The notes under the pieces are model-generated. The model had not been told where the DNA came from, ran no database searches, and saw only the letters and a list, made by a program, of their open reading frames with translations. Made by a program: the position numbers and the translations under genes. DNA of 35,994 bases from Gammaproteobacteria bacterium (GTDB taxonomy: Bacteria > Pseudomonadota > Gammaproteobacteria > JBOHHR01), in NCBI GenBank assembly GCA_050740915.1, contig JBOIEG010001140.1, positions 1-35,994 of the forward strand, in the 5' to 3' direction. Shown here in pieces: positions 5,870-14,400 of this stretch (the stretch's first letter is position 1; every line of letters begins with the position of its first letter).

Positions 5870-6593
5870 ACCGGCGTGTGGCGTGGATGGGTGTGGCAGC
5901 TGCTAGCGCGGCCATGTAGTTCGCTTTGACAGAGAGCGTTGTAACTCGCCACGGCTCGCCGTTGTCCCATTCCGGCTGAACGACGACATCCGCTTGCGTG
6001 CGGTACTTGAACCGGATAGAAAACGCCTTAAGAGGCAGGGAGAGTCCCAGACCACGGCCCTTGATGTAGGCCTCCTTGTGAGTCCAGAGCCGGAAAAACA
6101 GCTGCCGCCGTTGCTTAACCGGCTCGCACGCTAATAGCTCAAGCTCCGCATCGGAGAATACGTGCCGTGCGAGGGCCTGCCAATCAAGGCCGCGATCGGC
6201 GTACTCCACGTCGATCCCCACCGCCTGGGTTGAGACGGCGAATAGGCCCAATCCCCGCGAGTGGGCAAGATTGAAATGCACTGTGCCATGGGGTGCGGTG
6301 AGTCGCGGCTTTCCGTATTTATTCGTTTCGAACACCAGAGATTGGGGTGGACGATCGAGGTATATCGAGAGGATCTGGCGCATCGCCGCCCTGGCGTTGA
6401 ACCAGCGACGCCTATGGCTTGCGAAGTAAAAGCGGGACCCGCGCAGAAGCTCGGTATCGTCCAGTAATTCGCGCAACGATTCGGCACCAATGGGATCGTC
6501 GAGCGGGATCGTCCAGAGGTGAGCTTCGTTCGGCTTCAGCTGCACGCTGGCGCGCGTTTCAGGGTTGCAAAATGCCATAACATCCGAATGCAC
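5835..6593 (-). CDS. Sfp-type 4'-phosphopantetheinyl transferase
   Basis: KYGKPRL, FNLAHSRG, GIDVEY and WTHKEAYIKGRG motifs. The preferred start is GTG 6593, preceded by GGAGGG (6606-6601, 7-nt spacer). Alternatives are ATG 6578 and the ORF-track TTG 6620. Confidence 0.85.
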   Translation of the reverse strand: MHSDVMAFCNPETRASVQLKPNEAHLWTIPLDDPIGAESLRELLDDTELLRGSRFYFASHRRRWFNARAAMRQILSIYLDRPPQSLVFETNKYGKPRLTAPHGTVHFNLAHSRGLGLFAVSTQAVGIDVEYADRGLDWQALARHVFSDAELELLACEPVKQRRQLFFRLWTHKEAYIKGRGLGLSLPLKAFSIRFKYRTQADVVVQPEWDNGEPWRVTTLSVKANYMAALAAATPIHATRRFKWMVAGDFSA

Positions 6594-6654
6594 GGATCTG
6601 CCCTCCAAATCCCAGACCAAAGATTATATCCGCTAGAGCTCTGCGTGAACCGCC

Positions 6655-6679
6655 TGCGACAATTTGTCGCATTGTCGCA
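6655..6679. promoter_or_regulatory. Candidate operator: same 17-bp palindrome plus an extra direct half-site TTGTCGCA, in the divergent PPTase/NRPS1 intergenic region
   Basis: tgcgacaatttgtcgca (6655-6671) followed immediately by ttgtcgca (6672-6679). Confidence 0.45.
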
Positions 6680-6690
6680 CCGCCATGCCT

Positions 6691-6720
6691 TTGTTAACAT
6701 GGTTTAAACAACGATATAAC
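6691..6720 (+). promoter_or_regulatory. Possible sigma70-type promoter for NRPS1
   Basis: TTGTTA (6691-6696), 18-nt spacer, TATAAC (6715-6720). The ATG is at 6744. On the opposite strand a perfect TATAAT (complement of 6623-6628) faces the PPTase gene. Confidence 0.35.
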
Positions 6721-6743
6721 AACGATACTGAAAAGCTGCACCC

Positions 6744-8480
6744 ATGCCAGAGGCATTGCACTTCGTTTCCGATCTCGTCTCTCTCCTTCGCCTCCGCGCG
6801 GCACAGCAGGGCGAGCGCACGGCCTATGTATTTCTGGCCGATGGCGAGAGCGAGTCGGTCCGGCTGAGTTACGCGGCGCTCGACCAAGAGGTCCGGGCCT
6901 TGGCCGGACAGATCCAGCGCGTGGCGGCCAACGGCGCGCGGGCGCTTCTGCTATACCCGCCCGGTCTGGAATACATCAAGGCATTCTTCGCCTGCCTTTA
7001 TGCAGGTGTCGTTGCGGTGCCAGCGCACCCGCCGGCTCGCCGGCATCCTCAACGCCTTGCGCCGATAGTGAGGGATGCGGCGCCGGTGCTGGTATTGACC
7101 ACGACAGATCTCGAGGCTCGTCTTTGCGCCCACACGGCGGGAAACGGCGAGTTGGAGCAGCTTTATTGCTTGGCAACGGATGCATCGCCATCGGCAGCTC
7201 CGGCCGATTTGACGCCGCGCCCTATCGGCCAGGACCACTTGGCATTTCTACAGTACACCTCGGGATCGACGGGCGATCCGAAAGGCGTGATGGTGACGCA
7301 CGGCAATCTACTCGCCAACGAGCGAGCGATACAGCAGCGTTTCGGCCACACGCAGGATTCCATCGTGGTGGGTTGGCTTCCTCTCTACCACGACATGGGT
7401 CTGATAGGGAATGTTCTGCAACCGGTGTATTGCGGGGCAACGGCGATACTCATGCCGCCGATGGCCTTTCTGGACAGCCCTATACGCTGGCTACGCGCCA
7501 TCGCGCGATACCGGGCACATACCAGCGGTGGTCCCGATTTCGCGTATGCGCTATGTGCCCGCAAGATCACGGAGGAACAGAAGCGCGGCCTAGACCTGAG
7601 CACATGGCGGGTCGCCTTCAACGGTGCGGAGCCGGTGCGGGCGAGCACCCTGGAACGCTTCACCGAGGCTTTTTCCGAATGCGGCTTCCGTCGCACGGCG
7701 TTCTTTCCGTGCTACGGTCTGGCCGAGGCGACCTTGTTCGTCACCGGACCTTCAAACGGCGAGTCCGTGTCCGTTGGGCGATTCGACCGTACGGGCCTGA
7801 GCGAGCAACGCAAGGCGGCGCCGTGCAGCGAAGCCACCGCCTCAGTGGATCTGGTCTCCTGCGGTCAGAGCGCTGACGAACACAGGCTATCTGTGGTCAA
7901 TCCCATCACCCTCACCCCTTGTTCAGAAGGCCAAGTCGGCGAGATCTGGGTGGCAGGGCCCAGTGTTGGCGAAGGCTACTGGAACCGGCCGACGGCATCC
8001 GAACGCACCTTTCGCGCCCGGCTTTCCAATGGATCACCAGAAGCGTTTTTACGCACCGGTGACCTGGGGTTTTTGGATCGCGCTCACCTGTACATCACCG
8101 GGCGCCACAAAGACTTGATCATCCTTTGCGGAAGAAACTATCACGCCGAAGATCTGGAACGGGCGCTGGATGAGAGCGCGCAAGGCATTCGGCCCCGATC
8201 GAGTGTAGCGTTCTCGGTCCCCGGTGAGGACGAAGAGCTGCTGGTCGTGGTGGCGGAGGCGGATCGGCCATACCTAAGACAACACGGCCCTGCTCATATT
8301 TTTGCGTCGATACGGCGCGCCCTCGCGGAGGCCTGCGACGCGCCTGGCGCTGAGATAGTGCTGGTACGGCGTGGCGCCGTGCTTAAAACCTCGAGCGGCA
8401 AGATCCGGCGGCGAGCATGCCGGCAAGCCTATCTCGACGGCGCCCTTCCCGCGCTGGCGCGCACGGCGCCGCCTGAATCG
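6744..8480 (+). other. NRPS1 domain: fatty acyl-AMP ligase (FAAL) loading domain
   Basis: AMP-binding fold at the extreme N-terminus. YTSGSTGDPKG (7254-7286), GWLPLYHDMGL and TGDLGF motifs. It is followed directly by a carrier domain. Confidence 0.8.
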
Positions 8481-11400
8481 CCGGCGCAAACAGAGTGGAG
8501 GGCTGTCACCCCCGCCGATGAGCGTCTGCAGATTGGTAGGGCGTTGCGCAGGAGCTCGCCCTCGGAGCGGGCATCGGCGATACGCCGCTTAGTGATCCAC
8601 CAGATCGCGCAGCGACTTCGAATCGCGGAATCGGCTGTAGCACTCGGATTGACGATCCAGGCCACTGGCCTCGATTCGTTGCGGGTGCTGGAGCTCAAGC
8701 ACGACCTGGACGCCGAGCTGGGGATCGAGGCGCCGCTCGCCTGGTTTTTTTCCGATGCATCGATCGCAGAGACCGCCGCTCGGCTCGCGCAAGCGTTTAG
8801 CCTTAGGCCGGAAGCGGCTGATGCGCAGCGACCGGGCGCTGGCGTGCAACCGGGTGCGTTGTCGGCGACGCAAGGTTCGATGTGGGCCGTGCACCAGCTG
8901 GAGCCAGGGAGCGTCGCGTATAACCTGCATCTGGCCCTCAGGGTTCACGGAGCGGTGGACGCCGAAACGCTGCGGCAGGGTTTGGAGCACCTGTTGGACA
9001 GGCATGACATGCTACGCACCGTCTACCCCTGCGGTGGGGAAATCGTGACGCCGGCAGTGCTGGCGCGGCGTGAGTTGCCGCCGTATTTCGCGCTGGTGGA
9101 CGCCGCTACCTGGTCGTCGGCAGAACTGCAACGCGATATGAGTTCGCGGGCAAGCGAGCCTTTTGATTTGCAGCGCGGGCCGGTGGTACGCATGAGCTTG
9201 TATCGCCAAGGCGAACGCGTCCATACGCTGTTGTTGTGCGCCCATCACATCGCCGTAGACTTGTGGTCGGTATTGCTTTTCCTCGATGAGCTGCTCTCGG
9301 TCTACACGCTGCTGGGTGTCGATCGCAGCCCCGATCTGCCGCCCCCAACGGGGCATTATCGTGATTTCATTGGTTGCCAGCAGGCCTATCTCAAGTCCGC
9401 GGCTAGCGCCGCGGACTTGGCGTATTGGCGCAACCGGCTTGCAGGCGAGTTGCCGGTGCTGGCGCTACCTGCGGATTCACCTCGCTCAACAACACGCCGT
9501 TACCACGGAGGCTCTCACGCGCTTCAACTGCAACCCGGGCTGAGCTCCAAGCTCAAAGAGCTAGGCCGAAAGCAAGGCGCCACCCTGTTCATGACCTTGC
9601 TCGCGGCGTACAAGGTGCTGCTATACCGATATACCCATCAGACCGACATTATCGTTGGTGCGCCGAGCAGCGGACGCACGGATAGGCGCTATGCGCGGGT
9701 CGTCGGTAATTTTGTCAATCCGGTTGCGCTGAGGACCTATCCTTCCCCCGAGCTACCGTTCGCGACCTATCTCCAACACGTGCGAGAGGCGGTCCTGGGA
9801 GCGCTCGCCCATGAGCAATATCCGTTTTCGCTACTCGTTGAGCGCCTACAACCGAAGCGCCACGGTGATGAATGGCCCATCTATCAAACGATGTTTGTGT
9901 TGCAGCAAGCGCAATCAGGGATCGATCCAAACCTCTCGCAACTTGCCTTGGGTGAGGACGGAATAGCGTTCTCTCTAGGCGAGTGGCAGGTCCACTCCAT
10001 CGCGATCCCTGAACGGGTCGAGAACTTCGATCTCAAGCTCATGGCGGTGGAGTGTGAGCAAGGGTTGATCTTCTCCTTCCAGTATCGCCGCGAGTTGTTC
10101 CGACAAGAAACGATTGCCCAAATAGCCGCGCACTTTGATGTTCTCTTGCGGGGGATTATCGCTAACCCGAATGAACGCCTCGCCCAATTGCCGCTGCTGA
10201 CGGAGCCTGAGCGGTATCGACTGATTGTTGAGTGGAATGCTACTCAGACGGAGTATCCCAAGGATAAGTGCATTTATGAGTTGTTTGAGGCACAGGTCGA
10301 GCGCAGTCCTCAAGCCACGGCGGTGGTCTATGAAGACCAATCGCTCAGTTATCGTGAGCTCAATGCGAAGGCCAAACAGCTCGCGCATCACTTGCGTAGC
10401 TTGGGGGTGGGGCCCGACACGTTGGTGGCCATTTGTGTGGAGCGCTCCCTAGGGATGATCGTTGGTCTTTTGGGTATTCTCAAGGCGGGGGGTGCCTATG
10501 TGCCGCTTGACCCGACCTACCCCAAGGAGCGGTTGGCGTACATGCTGGAGGATGCTCGAGCTGCCGTTCTGCTCACCCAAGCGCGTCTACGAAACTCTTT
10601 GCCCGAACACCCGATGCTGCTCTGTCTAGACAGTGATTGGGTATCAATTGGGCGTCGAAGCAAGAAGAATCTTGCGAACCTTGCGTCACCGCTTAATCTT
10701 GCTTACGTCATCTACACCTCGGGCTCGACGGGAAGGCCGAAGGGGGTGGGGATTGCGCATGGCAGTTTAACGAACTTCCTGACAGGCATAACGCGCAAGC
10801 TTTCGCTATGCAGTGATGACATTGTACTGGCAGCGACGTCATCTTCTTTTGACATTTCCGTGCTTGAGCTTTTGGGTCCCGTAATCGTCGGCGGGCAGAC
10901 GCTGGTAGCGAGTCAGGAGGAAGCACAGGATCCCACCCGCCTTGGAGCCAGGATTGGTCAGTCGAGGGCGACAGTGATGCAGGCAACGCCTTCCGCGTGG
11001 CGTTGGCTATTGATGAGTGGTTGGCGAGCGGATAGTTCGCTGAGGATCCTTTGCGGGGGTGAACCATTGTTTGCTGATCTGGCTACGCAGTTGCTCAACG
11101 GCGTAACGGATTTCTGGAATCTATATGGTCCCACCGAAACGACGGTATGGTCGACGACGAAGGGGATCGCGTCCGCGCAGGACGCTCTTTTGATTGGCCG
11201 TCCGATTGCGAATACCGAGATTTATTTGTTAGATGAGTTTCTTGAGCCCGTACCGATAGGTGTATCGGGCGAGTTATACATTGCTGGTGCGGGTTTAGCG
11301 CGTGGGTATCTGAAGCGACCTGAGTTAACGGCGGAACGATTCATTCCCAGTCCATTTAGTGCAGAGCCGGGAGAGCGGTTGTACCGGACGGGGGACTTAG

Positions 11401-14400
11401 CGCGGTATCGGCCGGATGGAAACATTGAATACCTCGGGCGCATTGACCATCAGGTGAAGGTGCGAGGTTTTCGGATTGAGTTAGGGGAGATAGAGGCGCG
11501 GCTATTAGAGCACCCGCAGGTCAAGGAGGCGGTAGTGATTGCCCGCGAGGACACACCTGGGGAGAAGCGTCTTGTGGCCTATGTAGTGGGTAGCGGGGAC
11601 TGGCCAGAGAATGAGACTATCGAGCAGCTAAGGACGTATCTCGGAGAGGTCTTGCCGGACTACATGGTTCCGGCAGCATTCGTCTTCCTAGACTCACTAC
11701 CACTCACGCAGACGGGCAAACTAGATCGGAATGCATTACCGGTTCCCGATGTCACTGCCCAACTGGCTTGTCAATACCTTGCACCACGTACGCAGGTCGA
11801 AGCCGCGCTTACGCAGATCTGGGCGGACGTATTGCGGCTTGAACGGGTGGGCGTCCACGACAACTTCTTTACCCTCGGTGGTGATTCCGTGCGCAGCATC
11901 CAGATGGTCAGTCGTGCCCACGAGTCCGGCGTGCAGTTGACCCCGCGCCAAGTGTTCCAGCATCCCACCGTGGCCGAGCTCGCTCAAATCGCGGAAGCAG
12001 CTATCCCGGTGGAATCGCTTGCGATTGCACCCGTGCGTACCGTAACGAGCGATCGCACTTACTTGACGCCGGCGGATTTTCCCTTAGCGAGCCTGAGCCA
12101 ACAAGAGCTCGATGCGCTCCCGTTCGAGCCCCGCGATATCGAAGACATCTACCCGCTGGGGCCCATGCAGGAAGGCATGCTGTTCCATAGCCTCGCCCAG
12201 CCAGGGAGCGGTGTTTATGTCATGCAAGACCGCTATGCGTTAAGGGGAACGATTGATGTTCAAGCCTTTGGTGACGCTTGGCAAGCGGTAGTGGATCATC
12301 ATCCCATCCTGCGGACTTCGTTTTTTTGGCGCACCGAGCTACGGCCGCACCAGGTCGTAACGCGACGCGTTGAGCTCCCCTTCGAGTATCTCGACTGGCG
12401 CGGGTTAGAACCCGTGGAGCAAGAGGCGCGCATCGAAGCCGTGCTCGAGGCGGAGCGGCGGGCAGGTTTCGATCTTCACCGCGCGCCGCTGTTACGCCTG
12501 CGTCTGGTGCGGCTGACTGGCGATCGTTATCGCTGCATCCGCAGCTTCCACCATATCCTGCTCGACGAGTGGTGCACCTCGCCCCTGTTGCTCGACTTTC
12601 GAGCTGTTTATGGGGCCTTGGTTCGGCGCGAGCGGCCGCCTGTTCTAACTGCCCGCCCGTTTCGCGATTACATCGCGTGGCTGCAACGCCAGGACACGGA
12701 CGCGGCCGAGCGTTTCTGGCGTAATTATCTGCGCGGTTTCACCGAGCCGACCCCGCTCGCGGTGGACCGGTCAGACATCGCCTCTGGAGGCGAAGCCGGC
12801 ACGGTGGCGGACGCGATCGACGAGCTATCCGCCACCGATACGGCTGCGCTGCGCCGGCTCGCCAAGCGCGAACGGCTCACGCCCAATTCCTTTGTGCAGG
12901 CCGCTTGGGCACTGCTCTTAAGCCGCTATAGCGGGCGCGAAGAGGTGTTGTTCGGCGTGACCGTCGCGGGGCGGCCGGCGGTACTGCCGGGCAGGGAGTC
13001 TATGCTCGGACTGTTCGTCAATAGCCTGCCCTTGCGCGTTCGGTTTAAGCCCGAGCAAAGGCTGATCGGGTGGTTACGCGAGTTGCTTGTTGCTAGTGTC
13101 GAGGTCCGCGAATACGAATACGCTCCCCTGGGGCGGATCCAGTCCTGGTCTGAGGTTCCACGCGGGGAACCGTTGTTTAACCACCTCCTGGTGTTCGAGA
13201 ACATCCCGGTCGACCCGAGCCTGGGCGAGGCCAGCGACGGGTTGAGCATGGCGTATGGCGGAAGCCGTGTTCATACGAACTATCCCATCACCGCCACGGT
13301 GATCCCCGGATCGGGACTGACGTTTAAGCTCACCTATAGCCAGGATCGCTTCGAAGCCATTGCGATGCGCCGCATGCTGGGCCACTTCCGGCGCTTGCTG
13401 GAGGAGATGATCCGGCGGCCTGCGGCGCAGATCGGTGAGCTTGAGATGCTCGCAGAGGCGGAATGGCGCCAAACCGTCGACGGCTGGAATCGCACACGAC
13501 GGCACTATCCGCCGCCCGCGGATTTTGTGGCGATATTCGAAGAACAGGCGCGCCGGACGCCCGAGACCTGTGCAGTGGTTTGCGGCGGCGAAGCGTTAAC
13601 CTATCGGGCGCTCAATGCGCGCGCCAATCGTGTGGCGCTGGACCTCATCGACCGCGGGGTCGGGCCCGAGGTGATCGTTGCAGTGCTTGATGAGCGGGGT
13701 ATCGAGGTGCTGGTAGCCTTCCTCGCCATCCTCAAGGTAGGCGGAGTCTACTTGCCGCTAGACCCGCGCGATCCCGAGGCGCGTTGGCGGTTTGTGATCG
13801 AGACGGCGCAGCCGAGGTTGGTAGTGGCCGGCGCGGCGCGGGCGGATCGGGTTCGCCGCCTAGTATCACCGACCCGGTTAACACGAGTGGTGACTCTGGC
13901 GGATCTCGCCCGAGATCGATCCGATCAAAATTCGGCCCGATACACCGACCCTCGCTGTCTTGCCTACATTATCTTCACCTCGGGTTCGGCCGGCACGCCT
14001 AAGGGCGCGATGATCACCCGGCAAGGGATGTTTAACAACTTCATGACCAAAGTGCCGGCGCTCGGGCTGACGGCGAGTGATGTTGTCGCACAGACGGCGC
14101 CGCCGTGTTTCGACATCTCGGTGTGGCAGTTCCTGACGGCCTTGTTGTGCGGGGCGCGGGTCGCGATCCTCCCGGATGCGAGCGTGCAGGACCCGCAGGC
14201 GCTGCTCGGAGCCCTAAGCGCGCACGCTATCACGGTGATCGAGGTGGTCCCCTCGCTGATCCGTGCCTTGTTGGATCGCCCTCATCCAGACCACGAGCTA
14301 CCCGAGTTGCGCTGGTTACTCCCGACCGGCGAGGCCTGTCCTCCCGAGCTGTGCCGGCGCTGGCGCGAGCGATACCCCCACGTCGGCTTGCTCAATGCGT

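Noticed and set aside
12120-13430. NRPS1-C2 as a dual epimerisation/condensation (E/C) domain
   Set aside because: Its N-terminal motif resembles D-acceptor/dual-type C domains, but the upstream residue is predicted to be Gly (achiral). I cannot verify the extra dual-E/C His motif by eye, so it is reported only as a motif oddity.
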